This document shows positions 48,601 to 60,349 of a DNA stretch of 64,000 bases, one piece after another. Under the pieces are notes generated by a model that made no database searches, had not been told where the DNA came from, and saw nothing but the letters and a program-made list of their open reading frames with translations. A program made the translations under genes and the position numbers. This DNA is from Styela clava (lineage: Eukaryota), in NCBI RefSeq assembly GCF_964204865.1, contig NC_135262.1, positions 6,014,001 to 6,078,000 on the forward strand, given 5' to 3'. Position 1 is the first letter of the stretch. Each line of letters starts with the position of its first letter.

Positions 48601-50806
48601 TTCATATGTTGTGAGCGTTCATTTGGAATGAATTTTCTGAAAACTTGGGAATTAGCATCTGGTCATGACAAATCAAGAATAAAAATATAAATTTAAAAGA
48701 AATATTATTAAGTCAACAATTCAATTTTCAATTTGCGATAGGCTCAAGTAGAAAAATGTAATCACTTATTTGAACAATCATTTAAGCTAGCAGTAATACA
48801 GTTTTTTCGGTAAGAGCACAGACTGACAAAGCAAAATAATACTTTGTAATTTTGTAATGTTTTTTTGTACAGAAATATACAAAAAAGTAGAAGCTATTTT
48901 AAGTTATTGCAGTTTGAATGCATTAGTAGTCTTATGATTATAATCGCATGCTAAATAATATTTTATCTACCCAGTTTTCAAGTTTGAATACAATTGGTGA
49001 TTCAAATTGTGATTCATATTAAAAATTTTTTTTTTATAAATGATTTCACCGCATGGTGGAATAACTGGAAACATCTATAATTAATAACGCGAAAACAAGA
49101 AAACTGTTACAAATGACTTGAATAAACAAACAACATGTCATGTTTAATCGGGAATTATCTCAAAACTCGATTACAAAGCTATGTATCTGATAAAATATAA
49201 ACACATTAAATATTTTCACATTACAAATTATAATGGATAAGGTAATGTACCGGTATGTCTCAGTGGATGACCAAAACACGGCGTTTGAGAATTTCTGCCT
49301 TTCAGCAAGTTACTGATCATTATGTGACACATACTTAATGTTCATGAATTGTACAGGTATAATGGTATAAATGTAAGAGATTACAATGGACATGTTTGTA
49401 CAAATACACATGTTAAATAGACCAATAATGTATCAATCAAAATCAAAATTGATGTCACTATCAAAAATAAGTGAAAATCTTTTGAATAAAACCTGGGCAA
49501 TTGATAGAAGATAAAAAATGATATGAGAAACAAAAGTTTGAATATAGCTCTTCTACAGCTGTTCACATTTATTTTTTAATTGTTGATGCATATTACACTA
49601 ACATAATGACATAAAAATTTATCCTAGTTAAATGGACTTTACATAAACAAATACTAGATCTGTCCAAACAAACTGAAAATTCGAAATCAAATACAATCAC
49701 AAGTAATTCAAACTGTTTTTCGGTAATTTGCGAATATTCGAATCGTGTGGTAAAATAAAATAACATTCGATTATTCGGTTTGATTCATGAAAAATATCCT
49801 ATTTAAATCGAAAAAATAATCGAATTTGGACAGCCAGAACAAATACATTCATCAAGATTGCTATCTTTAACAACTTTTCTGTAGTTCATCAAGAAAAGAA
49901 AAAATTACACAAGACTGAGAACCAGCCAATCTAATTATATATACCACATATAATACAAATATTACACTGCATAAAAGAATATACACAAACTTTGTACAAA
50001 TATTCTAATGGTCTTACCCTATTTCTATGAGTTGGATTATCAAAATCTGTTCCAATGGGAGCTAGCAGAAGCCATCCGCAGTATATTGGCACAGCCTAAA
50101 AACAATAGAAAATATTTGAAACATATTCGAAACACAATTATGAAAATAGTCCTTCTATCATCTAGTAGCTAAAGAGATATAAAATTGCCATCCATAAAGT
50201 ATAGGCCACCTAAATGGGCAAATTTTTGATAACTGAAGAAAATATTGACTCTTAACAAAGGTTCCAGTACAAAGCGGGGAATTGATAAAATTTCAAAAAT
50301 TTACATTCAAAAACATTAGAGATATAGTTGCTCAATCATAGTCTGAAGCAATATTATTCACCCAATGTATTTTAATAAAATGTTACACAAATTTTATAAT
50401 CCAAATTTTTTTTGCTCATTGTCCCGAGATTCGCCTTTTTGGCTCAAAGCTCTCCTTAGATATCGGTATAATATTTAAAATCTATGATAATACAATAATT
50501 TAGGTAAAGTTTTCATGCAGATCCTGTTTTAAATCAGAACATCTACATGATTGGCAACACATTTTCAAAATAATTAACAATTTCACAAAATCATTCTCCA
50601 ACTGTTTATTGGAAGCATTGTTGTTACATTAGTTAACATATGATAGGATTCATCATTCCATTTTATACCGTGATTCTACTTACTTTGTTAAGATCTTTAT
50701 CAGATAAAAGATGAGTTTCTCTTGGTCGAAAACAATTCTGGCATTTATTTTTATTGAAGATATTCGGTGAAAAATTCCGACATTGATTTTCTCTCTGCAT
50801 TTTCAT
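12672..50806 (-). CDS. MPRIP: Myosin phosphatase Rho-interacting protein (MPRIP/TRIOBP/outspread family), 39 coding exons, ~1774 aa
   Basis: Exons (minus): 50684-50806, 50018-50095, 47924-47989, 40082-40233, 39586-39688, 39268-39465, 39026-39094, 37913-38050, 37330-37419, 35336-35431, 34361-34524, 33463-33649, 33030-33095, 32494-32625, 31957-32054, 31409-31445, 30714-30815, 29959-30105, 28919-29116, 28187-28281, 26281-27217, 25413-25616, 24854-25026, 24160-24249, 23926-24079, 23154-23291, 22624-22748, 22137-22257, 20541-20676, 19855-19958, 19582-19665, 18718-18834, 18117-18206, 16319-16465, 14652-14729, 14261-14347, 13589-13661, 13066-13166, 12672-12698; total 5325 nt, phases consistent. Diagnostic peptides: [26 protein letters not shown]; PH1 [44 protein letters not shown]; RRAKSLDR; PH2 KGWLM..KHWFVL..RNYGF..SGIRRNW; [10 protein letters not shown]; LSDLYTKKC; [11 protein letters not shown]. 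Confidence 0.92.
13946..14148. repeat. Minisatellite, ~25-30-bp units with a palindromic GAGTC-N3-GACTC core
   Basis: About 7 degenerate copies of CCTCGAGTTGAGTCGATGACTCGAG. Confidence 0.8.
15560..15735. repeat. ~43-bp tandem repeat
   Basis: AATTAAAAT(C/T)AAGAATGTGCTGAAGATCGTTATATAAAAAA(A)GG, three copies plus a partial. Confidence 0.8.
16692..17028 (-). mobile_element. tRNA-derived SINE, near full length (truncated copies at ~4657-4904, ~9880-9980, ~17600-17773, ~33290-33420, ~34655-34831)
   Basis: Minus strand starts GGCTCTGTGGTGTGGTGC (A-box-like), has GTTCGAAACTC (B-box-like; AATCCC end in the 4657 copy) and ends in an (ATCCT)n-like tail; most other copies are truncated at the head end. 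Confidence 0.7.
17072..17294. mobile_element. MITE family A copy
   Basis: GGTACTC...GAGCGCC ends, long inverted arms with GGTTAGGGTTAGG; TSD AGGGCTTT/AAGGCTTT. Confidence 0.85.
17822..18091. mobile_element. hAT-like MITE
   Basis: TIR CAGGGGTGTGCAACC...GGTTGCACACCCTTG; approximate TSD TATTAAAA. Confidence 0.7.
18910..19236. mobile_element. Degenerate hAT-like MITE
   Basis: CAGGGCT...AGCCCTG ends with GGGGTCGC subterminal motifs. Confidence 0.5.
20284..20495. mobile_element. MITE family A, asymmetric subtype
   Basis: Same termini and internal sequence as the 24563 and 36833 copies; TSD not clear. Confidence 0.75.
21214..21661 (-). mobile_element. Non-autonomous hAT (SPIN/Charlie-like) MITE
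   Basis: Perfect 15-bp TIR CAGGGGTCGGCAACC, perfect TSD ATTTAGAT, GGGCCG/CGGCCC subterminal motifs, remnant [14 protein letters not shown]. Confidence 0.92.
21781..21966. mobile_element. MITE family A, asymmetric subtype, truncated
   Basis: Starts GGCGCTCCAGAAGTACGTGTACC; reverse complement of the 20284 copy; right end missing. Confidence 0.7.
23390..23875. repeat. ~74-bp degenerate tandem repeat in an MPRIP intron
   Basis: About 6 units of AAGCTCTGATTTGACTTGGAA..TTGGTT..GCTTAAC.AAATTGAATTTG. Confidence 0.75.
24563..24775. mobile_element. MITE family A, asymmetric subtype
   Basis: Perfect 8-bp TSD AACCCCTG on both sides. Confidence 0.88.
28483..28718. mobile_element. MITE family A, long palindromic subtype
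   Basis: Long inverted arms; perfect TSD GTTTTTTT. Confidence 0.87.
34993..35227. mobile_element. MITE family A, long palindromic subtype
   Basis: Near-perfect ~75-bp inverted arms; TSD CAATAAAA/CAAAAAAA. Confidence 0.85.
36833..36988. mobile_element. MITE family A, internally deleted asymmetric subtype
   Basis: Perfect TSD AAAATTTT. Confidence 0.85.
41004..41287. mobile_element. hAT-like MITE family D (related fragments at ~20760-20885 and ~40260-40440)
   Basis: CAGTGATTCTCGAAC...GTTTGAGAACCACT ends; shared core CACCTCAAAAATAACTAGCTAACAATA(A/T)GCTACAAATA in three places. Confidence 0.7.
41731..41871 (+). repeat. 5' LTR (141 bp, TA...TA termini)
   Basis: Identical to 46647-46787; TATA-like ATATATTAA at ~41755-41763, AATAAA at 41808-41813. 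Confidence 0.96.
41871..41881 (+). promoter_or_regulatory. Non-tRNA primer-binding site, complementary to LTR positions 41789-41799 (putative self-priming PBS)
   Basis: ATGCTCATAAT is the exact reverse complement of ATTATGAGCAT in the LTR; no TGG follows the LTR. Confidence 0.75.
41888..46582 (+). CDS. Gag-Pol polyprotein (1564 aa from first ATG): Gag with zinc knuckles, aspartic protease, reverse transcriptase, RNase H, integrase
   Basis: Knuckles [10 protein letters not shown] and [14 protein letters not shown]; protease ADTGCQS; [24 protein letters not shown]; RNase [29 protein letters not shown]; integrase HSAH..CSAC, AADFF, SDGGPEF, RAEIAV. The ORF-track start at 41858 is a GTG inside the LTR. 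Confidence 0.96.
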   Translation: MPSVQCPWTGCDYSTPDDADYNAAVALLQLHKEALHSTPINQTVRVEKPKRPTIAPRGTAEEWTYFLQRWKEYKCASRITDPDITYQLLDCCTEDLRRDLTRTYYDLSTSDENTILKNIMSLAIRKENILVARLQLHKLQQDRDEPIRAFVARLRGQASTCRFHVKCQCDPQTHVDYSNAMIRDALVWGLYDDDIRLDLLSQADEEITLEESIKFIEAKESGKRSAHRLTEHDTSAAINSSYQRKQRDRARDKRESCEYCGKSKHGSNKDRIKSCPAYGQTCSRCGIKNHFGSLCRQPEWKLRQRDRKVFPSPKRKAHNDSGNTEDAASILATLCSVDDSSSQSPEASSVTLDHHIYNELCDIWERRASDPQPSVNVSILHDPSDTRLIGSSPQISNPTRSVTFPAIADTGCQSCLAGINLLEKLGLGPQHLNPVKLQMSAADCRRIQIIGALSLRISAPSSASIIETRQLVYFTDSTNRLYLSQQACKALGLISRSFPTIGEHKESYRSKTTSSPIHTGSDMVAPCGCPIREPPPPIPTSAPFPLTHENREKLEKWILTYYASSSFNVCQHQPLPRMSGPPLRLMVDPEARPVAHHTPIPIPIHWQDEVKSGLDQDCRLGVIEPVPIGEPVTWCHRMVICAKRSGKPRRTVDLQALNKHSTRETHHTQSPFHQARAVPPNTLKTVFDAWNGYHAVPLHPSDRHYTTFITPWGRYRYCVAPQGYVASGDGYSRRFDEIVSDIHNKTKCVDDTLIWSNDTEEAFFQTIEWLDKCGRNGIIQNPTKFQFASPIVAFAGFEITPTAVRPCSRTLQAIADFPTPKNITDIRSWFGLVNQVAYAFASTKHMLPFRSLLKSKTSFVWTKQLDDLFEQSKAVIVDEIKKGVEIFNKSRPTCLVTDWCKDGVGFWLMQKHCECTSAKPFCCKTGWKITLVGSRFTSGAESRYWPIEGEALAVVDALDKARHFVLGCSDLMIAVDHRPLVKVLGDRCLNDIANPRLRNLKEKCLRYRFKVVHLPGIRNVAADSLSRHPVGEPNMLELPDDVDSGAIFTAIRTFDPETAEICSYSTDSTKEIIKNVTWNDIRLATASDPSMRFLIDKIQDGFPDRPADIHTEIRPFHQYRDNLSEFDGVCLYKDRVIIPPSLRDRVLKTLHSAHQGVSTMCCRAESSFFWPGMTNAIIKLRNNCSACNRMAPSQPSAPPTPPLQPMYPFECLAADFFSYRGKHYLVAVDRYSNWPIVEQAKGGAAGLITTLRRTFVTFGISDELTSDGGPEFTAKETTTFLKNWGVKHRLSSVAFPHSNTRAEIAVKTIKRLITNNTDEEGSLDTDHFQRAILQYRNTPDRDTRLSPAMCIFGRAIRDFIPIHPGKYKPHNTWRETLIAREDALRHRHMRAAERLTEHTRSLPPLSIGNHVRIQNQTGPHPLKWDKTGVVIEVRQFDQYVVRVDGSGRVTLRNRKFLRKYQPVIDREPLTKSTHNNTYNQAQFVPQLPVTPPPQTEIKVTKLSQPVMNQQDIAKPRPLPPTGHKDVAPATQKLPRALRALMPHNSPGLGESTDALPRTRSQSTQ
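46647..46787 (+). repeat. 3' LTR (141 bp, TA...TA termini)
   Basis: Identical to the 5' LTR; preceded by GGGGGGG-CA (PPT), followed by TSD GAGCC. Confidence 0.96.
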
Positions 50807-51875
50807 TGATTTGATGTTATATCAACTCAGTAAACACACTCAATGTTATCACCAGCATTCTATATGAAATTTAGTAATGTTACCAAGAAGCTAAAGACAA
50901 CATTGCTGTTAAAACCTGAATAAAGAATATAAAAAGGATGAAAAATTGAGTTCAGAGCAGGGCCCTTCGTGGGATTGAGAAAATTCACCGAATTCGACGA
51001 CAGTCCATAAAAAAACTGATTTCAGATTCTTAAAGATATCTGAACTCAGAAAATCCAAATATTACCCCCAAAAACGTTTGTGTATGCAAGCTATTATTAG
51101 TTGTAGGTTAGGAATGCTTACTCACTTCCCGCTTGATGTTTCTAACAGCAATTTTAACCTTAATTAGACTATCACTATTATTCAAAATTCCAAATCCGGC
51201 TCCTCCAACGAATAAGAAAATAAAACTTCAATGTCAAAAAAACATGTGCTAAACTCATATTACAGACCTGCACAGCCCTGAAACGTGTGTGTTAGCTAAA
51301 AGGAAGCAATTGCATGGACTAATTGCTGGATCTGTGGATTGAGCGCTGAACACGCCATATGTGCTGAAAAAATGCCAGTATGGATTTGATGGATATTTTT
51401 CCATGAGAAGTTGGGTGTGCAATCACAGATCAAGGCGTGCAGTCCAGAAATTCCAGCCCACAATCAGTGACTGCGGCACGCCAAACAATACAATTTTAAA
51501 CGTCCGAACATGCATGCAAACTTACCGAAACAGAGTAAAAACCAAGACTCTTAGTATGCAAGTGACAGAATGGCCCTATTTAAAAAAAGTTAAACAAACA
51601 AGCGTAAAATTATTTAAACCAAACATCCCAGATGGGGCTTTGACACACAGGCTCGCAAAACAACAGCAATGTTGCGAATTTTTGCATAGGTCAGAGTTCA
51701 GAAAAGTCTGACATTTTATGAGGGGCCATTTAGTTGTTAATTGGCATGGATTTTAAACTTTTGGTGTGTTTGTGGAACCGAAAAATGCGTGGTATGTTAT
51801 TTATATTCAGTCAGCCTGTAAATCTGTAACTTTAGTCCCTGTTAGCACTGTGTATTCACCAGACTGGATTCCATG

Positions 51876-52730
51876 GCAGGTGCACGCCCGAGGGCGCCAG
51901 CGCTTCGCAAAAATGCACGCGAGCAAATTCAATTTTGCACGCCGAAAATTTGTAATTGCTCACCAATGAAATTAAAATGGTTCAAATGGTTTTTAAATCA
52001 ATAATCCAGTAATATTAAGATGCCAACAAATTGTAACTCCACAATTGTCGACTAATACTAGCTTGCAAGATTTGACCTAATCGAAAAATGCGAAGCAAAA
52101 AGACCATATCGTGTTGACTGATAGGAATCCTGTGAGAATAGTTATGGACGAAAAGTTCGCCTCTGCACCGACGCTGGCCAGTTACGGCTCTGATTCAGCG
52201 AATTATTTGTACAATAATTTTACACGGGTGTACTGAACAGTAACGGTATCTAAAGTCGCACAAACACTCTCAAAATTAGTGACAAAGAATAGAAATAATG
52301 TTCGGGGTCAAAGGTCAAACGTCCATTTTTTGCTCTTATATAACGTATTTTTTATCCAATAATTCTACGTAAACCCACTCCCAAGATTAATGACAAAGTA
52401 TGGCCATTTTGCTTTGATTGAACGTATTTTTTACCCCATAATTTTATGCGGATGTACTGGACAGTACCGGTATCCGAAGTTGCACAAACACTCTCAAAAT
52501 TAGCAACAAACTGTAAAAATAATGTTTGGGGGTCAAAGGTCAAACGTCCATTTTTGCTCTGATTCAACGTATTTTTTATCCAGTACCGGTAATTTTACGT
52601 TAAAGTGAGAGATATCTAATGTCGAAGTCAGTTGAACGCGGGCGCAGTTGTTTTGCACGCCGTGATCTATAATTGCACGCCAGGAATTCTTATTTGCACG
52701 CGGGAATTTCTGCGTTCACGTGTGACCTGC
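51876..52730. mobile_element. Probable non-autonomous DNA element with TTGCACGC subterminal repeats and an internal ~160-bp direct repeat
   Basis: GCAGGT...ACCTGC ends; TGCACGC repeats at both ends; 52214-52372 similar to 52438-52600. Confidence 0.55.
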
Positions 52731-53339
52731 AGAACTCTGCAACAGAACCAGTATTGACAAACCTCAGAACTGATATCTCAGTGTCTGCTGCTTGTTAACT
52801 TAGATCAGTAGATGGCGAGGGGACCGGTAGGGTAGACAGACGGGCGAACCAGTTAACGTAATATCTTCAATATGCTAGCATATACATTATCCAAACCTGA
52901 TTTGTTTGGCACATTTCGGACTCACGATTCCCATCCTGCAATCTGACAATATTATATTTTTATACAATACAAGTATACCTGTATACTGTGAACAATGCGC
53001 TCTGACAGTTTTCTCTAAGTAGGCAGGCAGCAGAGCAATCACGAAACTGAAGAGCAGTTTCAGGGGCGACACCACGTGGATATTTCAAGATCCAACTGCA
53101 GCATTCGCAATAAAAAATCTTAAATATCTAAATCGACCCAGTAACAAATAGCGCGGTGAGTGATGGCAGGCAGTATGCTCGAAGTAGTTGAGTACACCCA
53201 TAATCTCTTACCCTGCAGCGGCCACTGTTGAACTCCGGTTCTGCCATCTTAGGTAACTGCAGAGAAATCTAGCCATGTGCGCCCAGGGACTGTCATTTTT
53301 TGTTTGACAGCTATGTTATCATTTTTGGTACCATTATCT

Positions 53340-53717
53340 TTGAACCCACGTACATTTGCACCCAGGACGATTGCATCTGCATACTTTTGCATCCACGGAC
53401 ATTTGAACCGATGAACAATTGCACCCATACATTTGCACCCGTGAACATTTGCTCCCATGAATATTTACACCCATGACCCTCACAATGAATAAGGGCTACT
53501 TAAAATTTGCAATCCATCTTCATTTCGAATTATATTTATAATTGGTGATTAAAGTTTGTCTGAAACACGGTTATTCGCGAACATGACTATGGGTGCGTTA
53601 ATGAGGCGCATGCATATGCGTGAGAATGTCATGGGTAAAAATGTACGTGGGTGCAAATGTACATGGGTGCAAATGTCTGTGGGTGCAAATGTACGTGAGT
53701 GCGAATGTACGTCGGTG
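53340..53717. repeat. Inverted arrays of ~15-20-bp GGGTGCAAATGT units (continues at 56187-56346 and 56600-56655)
   Basis: ACATTTGCACCC units at 53345-53475 face GGGTGCAAATGT units at 53590-53715. Confidence 0.8.
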
Positions 53718-53834
53718 CAGAGGCGTAGCCAGCATATTTTGCGCCCGGGGCAAAATATAAAATTGGCGCCCCAACCCCCACGTTTAATCATGTTTTCTAT
53801 TGCATTTAATTGTATATGTAAAAAAAATTATATT

Positions 53835-55086
53835 TCGTCACGCTAATAACCGAATTGCGTAAGTCATTTTTAGCTGTTTTGAGAAAAACGTAAAAAAACT
53901 TCCTAATGATATTGCTATGCCATTGAGAGTCTTTAATTTGCCATAGTTCAACTTTTTGATCGTAGCCGGATTTAAGTTAATTTGTATGACGCAGTCATGT
54001 GACGTCATAATGGCACACTGGCACACTTCAATTTCCCTGTGATCATATCCCTCATATTTTATCATGTGTAAGCACAAAAGATTCAGAACAGATTGAAAGT
54101 GTAAATTAATATAATAAATTTGGTATGGAATTCTTATTTTTTGCTCCTCTCTATTTAAAATTTATTTAATAACTTCCTAATCCCGATTAGAAATTTTTCT
54201 CATCTCTAATTAGATATCATTTTTTTTTCCATAGTGTATATAGTTTTTTTTTCCATATGTATATCCTGAGAGTGTAATATTACAGAACCTGTGTTATTAA
54301 TTTATTTATTCATGTGCTTGCTTTGGGTGGTAACCGACTCAGATGACTGTTAATGGTCGTATCGTTACCACCCTGTCATCTACCGAAATCTAATTTTTCT
54401 CATTTTGCTATCATATATATATTGTATGTGTTTTCTGGTTTGACGAAACAATAAAAATTCTCTCTCTCTCTCACTGTGATTTAGGCAAAAATGTGTCTAT
54501 GGCTAGAGGACATACGCAATTTTGCAACTTGTCTATATGTACCAGTCCTGAAAACCAAACAATCCAAAATCCCCAAAATAGCTAATCTGTTTCAATTACA
54601 TTATTTTTTATGTTTAAAAATATTTATTTCATCAATATAACACGCTCTGCACATCACTGAAATAAGACTAAAGTTAAATATAAAGAATAAAACAGTAATG
54701 TACTCTTATATAAAAGTCAACCAAGGTGAATTGGACTCAGACAGTAAATATCACAAGTGCACGCCTTCCTATACAGTAGTATAAATTAAAAATTATTAGC
54801 GCTAAGCTAGAATCTGAGATGCAAAAACTCGAAAATCTTTCGCCTAGGTTATTTTGCCTTTGTGACGTCACAATAGTCCTGCGTTAACAATGATAATTCA
54901 TTATGACGGAACAATTGAACAAATTTGCATATCATACAAAATTTCTATTTTTATGGGTTTCGGAATTCTTAAAATAAAATCTGAGTTAACAGACAGGTGC
55001 GCAGCATTACATAAATACCTATTTTATGAAAAATTCAAAACCGCCCAAAATGACTTACGCACGCAATTCGGTTATTAGCGTGACGA
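53835..55086. mobile_element. Unclassified 1.25-kb non-coding TIR element nested in the hAT remnant
   Basis: Perfect 26-bp TIR TCGTCACGCTAATAACCGAATTGCGT / ACGCAATTCGGTTATTAGCGTGACGA, extendable by AAGTCATTTT across a 4-bp duplication. Confidence 0.8.
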
Positions 55087-55306
55087 TATGTGAATTCAAA
55101 TTTATATGTATTTATATATTTTATTATTTATTCAAAAATATATGTATATATAAATTCAAATTTTAATGGAACATTTTATTTAAAGAAGAAGCAAAGCTAT
55201 ACAAAATAGAGCATATGTCCCACTCAGTTACTGTCAAAGATGATCTACATAGTCTAAAATAAATTCATTTTTTCAATTTCACTGTCGTAAACTGGTTAAC
55301 ACGTCA

Positions 55307-55681
55307 TCAAAATCTGTTTTTTTCCAATGTTTCTCTTTCAACACTTAGAAATGCAAGATCACGGAGACGATCCTGTCCCGTTGATGCACGCGAATACGAC
55401 AAAATAAGTTTCAATCTGCTGAAAGACCGTTCACAGCTTGCAATTGAAACTGATATTGTTAACAAAATTTGTAGAGAAATTCGCAGATTGAATAAAACGT
55501 CGTCTCCAAAAGACACAATAAAACCAAGAAGAGCCGAAGGAGTTTCTGGTTGATCTACAGTTCTGTTACTGAGCAGCATTCTGCAATCTCCAATTTCGGT
55601 GAAAAGTTCGTGGCCATTGATGTCCGTGTGGTAGAGATTTGCAAAATCTGTGCAATCTCGACGAATTGTCGAAAACGGCAT
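55307..55681 (-). pseudogene. hAT transposase C-terminal dimerisation domain fragment
   Basis: NLRISLQILLTISVSIASCERSFSRLKLILSYSRASTGQDRLRDLAFLSVERE; no upstream catalytic region in frame. Confidence 0.85.
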
Positions 55682-56346
55682 TGAGGTCTTTTAGCACAGT
55701 ATAATATATTTTATGTAACTCTGCCGCAAAGTACGGTACTTTGACAACAAAATACAATCCACGTATTACTCAAAACATGTATTAACATCATTCAACCAAA
55801 TTCCGTTTCCATTTGTCTCCAGCACAGAACTAATATCAACTTACATCCGAGTGCGCAGGCAAGAACTTAACGATACAGAACCACGTAATTAACCCGGTGC
55901 ATTTTGTTACCTAACGTTACCAAATCAAATTTTGCTTTGTTTTCCGGCCAAATTTTTTTGGCCATGTAATTACGATGGAAATCTGACCGTGCTATGTGCG
56001 TGATGACGTCGTCTGACCAAGTGTGCAGTTTGCCATGTACTAAGATTAGATGTCTGCCGCCGGTGCGATCTTGCTTGTGACCGTTTTTTACCTTTGTTGT
56101 GAAATTTTTGCCAGCCCCATTTTGACGCCCCTGTACCTTGGCGCCCGGGGGCATATGTACCCCACTGCCCCCCCCCCCCCCCCCCGCAATGCAAACGTTC
56201 GTGGGTGCAAATGTTTGTGGGTGCAAATGTGCATGAGTGCAAACGTCCATGGGTGCAAATGTCCGCGGGTACAGATGTACATGAGTTCAAATGTCTGCGA
56301 GTTCATTCTATATGCGGGTGCTAAAATCTATGGGTGCAAAAGAATG

Positions 56347-56592
56347 GGTACTCCCGAGGTATGTGAACCAAGATGGCGGACACTCGTTCGTAGTATGTGC
56401 ATCAGGTTGGGGTTTGGCCATAATTTCAGGTAGGCTACAAATACTAAGGGAGTCACTTGGCTAGTCATTGAACTCTTAATAGAACTAAAATAAAAAAAGT
56501 TGGAATAAAATTATGGCCCAACCCTAACATGGTACACATACTACGTTCCGGTTTCCGCCATCTTGGTTCACATAGCCTACCTCGGGAGTACC
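56347..56592. mobile_element. MITE family A, long palindromic subtype, inserted in a GGGTGCAAATGT array
   Basis: GGTACTCCCGAGGTA...TACCTCGGGAGTACC ends; degenerate TSD AAAGAATG/AAAATATG. Confidence 0.82.
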
Positions 56593-59259
56593 AAAATATG
56601 GAGGTGCAAATGTCCTGAGTGAAGTTTACGGGTGCAAATGTACGAGGGTTAAATTGTGCTGTCATCATCATTTTTGTCCCAGCGAAGAGTAAAGCCATCG
56701 TCAGCGGTAGTCTTTCATCTAGTTGACCCGTAGGATCTTGTATTAATTGTGCACATGCCGTAACCTCCTCTAACCTGTTCAAAACCTCTGTTTTTGATAA
56801 GTTGTGAAAAGTAAATCTGACTACGGACAGATGCGCACAGCTTCAAGAATTCCAATCAGGAGGTTAGACACCCTCTACCTAGTCCTATGGCTGTCGAAGT
56901 GTTTTCTATTTCCTGGTACCGTAGTAAGTTACTTAGGACGCTAGGTTACTTTTTCCATTTTCAACACCGTTCATTCTTTTATACAAAAATTGTTCTCCCA
57001 CTTTGGGTTGGCTGGGTATTACTTTTACGTCAAAATGTTCCTTCCATTGCATGTAGCCTACTCAGAGTATTTGCCTGAATCGTTTTAGAATTTAAGTTTC
57101 CAATTGATGATTTTATTGGATTTGATTTTTATAATTAATTTTTATCATGCAACTAAAAATAGATCTCAATTCCAATGACTAGGCCGCGGTTAGGAGTGCA
57201 GGAAATTTTTGTCGTGTCGGATATGCCTCGCTTTTGATGTATGTTGATCTGAAACTCTAGTAGAGTCTAGATATTTGATGCAGATATATCTATTTGATAA
57301 GATGTTTTATTAAAATACAATCTCTAACCACTGAAAATTTGGTCCAGTAGTTAATAAGAAAAGCGATTTTTTTCATAACGATAAGAAAAAAATACCAATG
57401 TAAATTTCGTGCCCAATAAACAGATAGATCTTACCTCTCTGTTATTTCGCTCCTTGTTATGCTGACAACAACAGTTCGGAAAAAAATAAAGGCTGTCCAA
57501 CTACCCTGTGTACTCGTCCGTCGCTTTCACAAAATTCCAAAATTTTACGAAAGAGACTATTAATATTGTGACGTCATAATGTTTTGTTATGCATTTTTAA
57601 CCAAATTTTCAAAGAAATAGTGTCCGAAAACTAGCGCATACCATCATTTCGAACTAATGGTAAGATTTAAAATTCTAAATCCGATAATACTGCAGTAATA
57701 TTTCATATTTAGAACAAATATTTATTGTACGGTCGTCCGTTCCCTCCCAGTTAGTACCGAAAGCATATGTTTACTCAATATTTAAATATGTACCCATATA
57801 TTGTTTTCCTGGTTTGACAAAATGATATAAACCCCTCTCTCTCCCTCAAAGTAAAGTTTTGAGCCCCCTCTGATAAGAGAGCAACAAATGACGAACGCAC
57901 ACGAAAACAGCAATTGACCAACGCACCAACAGCTTTGTGCTGGCATGGCGGTATGGTGGCTGCTTCAATGAGTATCGGCTGACCAGAAATTTTATGCATT
58001 TCTAGTCACAGGCTTACAGCATAAAAATCAGCTAGCTGAAAGCAAATTGTACAAACCGGATATACCTAAGAATATTGGAGAAAAAATTTTGTTCATAGAA
58101 AACTGACGGAATAAATTTTTATCGTATGAGGAAAGTTAAGTTTTTGCGACACAGAAGCTATGTCACAATCACGTCAATACGAAAAGGATTGCGGGCTTCG
58201 TTAAGTTTCATGTCGCAGACGTCACCCTGGGCAATCGTCGCTTCACTTTGTCAAGCCTTATTACTTGATTATGACGTAATATTATCGTAATTTTAGAATG
58301 GCGTAGTCAAGTGGGGGCAGGAATGACACATACAACATTTTTACGCTACGCAAACTAAAGCCCTAACTGCACTAGGTTACATTGTGCCCACAGGTAGGGT
58401 AGTCGTTTCGTAGTTCGAACTTCGTTTATGATACTATTTTGGGGAAGTTGTAAGTAAAATGTTTCGTTTTAGCTGATATCTTGTTTATATACTTATAGGT
58501 TATAGTCTTCTGAAATATTATACAAAAATTAACAAAAACATCAGGCGTCTCTATGCTAAATAACTCAGTTTACTTCTCTTTTTCAGAACAAAAAATGTAG
58601 CCTATTTTCTCAATTCAATTTCCCAGAATTATTCGACACCTTGAGGCCATATGCATCGCCCTTTTACTTTCTTGTGGCTATTGGGGCGACTTCTTTTTGG
58701 AGCGAAAAAATCAATATATATCTATACTCACACTCTGATAATGTTCTTGCTATGGACAAAGATTCGTTGTTTTATCAGTTAAATATATGACCCGTTTTTC
58801 TTTCGAGAGACCTCGGTCATCGCACTTTTTGCGAATGACGCTGGTAAACTACTCCCTACAGGTCTAGATAAAGATTTCGACATCTCTCCGTCGACATGAC
58901 TTGACAAGTCGGCGTAAACAAGTCTTGTTTTCTCTCATCCTTATTTGTTTATTATTTCGTTTCGTCGCCAGTTGGGCTGTTTATATTTCTTTCGTATTCG
59001 AAGTTCGCTGTTTTGGCAATGTTAAGTTATTTGCGATGTAAAGCGGATTGTTTGATTTTCATTTAGTTAAATTATAAGGTTTGATTCATATTGCGCAATT
59101 TAACTTTGCTATTGTTTGCATCTTTTAGAATTAAGTATGTTGTTAACCGGCCTGTTGGTCCTAAATATTAACAACCCTTTACAAAATGCATTTCTACTAC
59201 TTTACCGTATCTATCGCCACACTATTTCGTCGTTTTTCGTCACATATATTCGTCTATGT

Positions 59260-60079
59260 CAGGGGTTGGCAACCTACAGCCCGCGGAATGAAATAGTTCA
59301 GCCCGCGACGCTTCACTGATTATAGTAACAAAACGGCTGTTTTGACGATAACATTTTTTACGTAACAGAATTTATTGTGAGACACGTGTAGACTAAGTTG
59401 TATATATTATGACCTAACATGTATATAATTCAAAATTACTCGTTTGTTGAGCCTATAATTTAGTTATAATTAGACAAATGGCAACAAAACGCAGAAAAGT
59501 TGATGCTAAGTGCAAAGGATTCAATGGCGCAGAAAATATTCAAATGAAATTTTTTGAGGTGCAATGCAATGGGGAAATAAATCTGTATTCTATTCGAGAG
59601 ATGTATCACTATCACTACTTGATTTTCATCTTCTTGAAGAAAAACTCTATCCAAATTTGACAAACCATGCGAAAAAATTACATATGCATACAAGTACATA
59701 TATATATATGCATGCAAACAACTATTTTCCAAAATGAACATTATAAAAAGCAAGCGGGGAACTCGGATAAGTGATTCCCATTTATAAAATGTTTTGTTCT
59801 TGGCTTCATTCAGTGTCCCATTTAGAAAATGTGCAAGCAACGAAAAGTGCCACATTAAATGTCATTTGTAAATTCCTTTCTTTCTTCAGTTCTCTGACAT
59901 AAAGCACACGAAAAGTAAACTGACAAACAAAATGCAGAGATACCTGGAAGGCGAGCATAACTTAAAATAAAGTTGAAAAGCGGCCGGCCATCGATTCGGT
60001 TTTTAACTTTCTAAAGGCCCGCCAAGACTTGCAACCCTTCATTTTGGCCCGCAAGCCACAAAAAGGTTGCCGACCCCTG
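59260..60079 (+). mobile_element. Non-autonomous hAT element of the same family as 21214-21661 (longer deletion derivative)
   Basis: TIR CAGGGGT(T/C)GGCAACC, perfect TSD GTCTATGT, remnant [17 protein letters not shown] at 59478. Confidence 0.9.
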
Positions 60080-60181
60080 GTCTATGTTGTATTTCGTGCA
60101 TGTAGACTTGGTAATTCACTGACCGCAATATATTTCAATCAAAGTTGTGGAGTTGTTGATATCGAAAAACCTGGCAGGTTG

Positions 60182-60349
60182 TAAGTCTAAGGAAGTTGAT
60201 AGCGTGAAGTGTCACCGCCCAACACGTTAGGGTTCGTGTACAAGAAGCCTAATAAACATATTCTTGAAGAAGCCTATAACGTGTTGAGTGGTGACACTTC
60301 ACTATCAACTATCACTGGCAGTTCGCACTATCAACTTCTTTAGACTTAT
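60182..60349. repeat. Fold-back inverted repeat (MITE-like)
   Basis: TAAGTCTAAGGAAGTTGATAG..GAAGTGTCACC..CAACACGTTA pairs with TAACGTGTTG..GGTGACACTTC..CTATCAACTTCTTTAGACTTA. Confidence 0.7.

Larger units (their letters stand above)
53718..56186 (-). mobile_element. Decayed hAT element (ZMYM1/P52rIPK-like transposase remnant)
   Basis: Left end CAGAGGCGTAGCCAG..GCGCCCGGGGCA, matching GCGCCCGGGGGCA..polyC near 56140-56186 (right TIR lost); hAT dimerisation-domain remnant inside. Confidence 0.7.

Noticed and set aside
53249-56782. Cys/His-rich ORFs of 70-127 aa
   Set aside because: Translations of the GGGTGCAAATGT minisatellite and of MITE sequence.
34977-57580. Scattered TGACGTCA (CRE) palindromes at ~34978, 54000, 54863, 57569
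   Set aside because: Occur in introns and repeats without clustering; no evidence for function from sequence alone.
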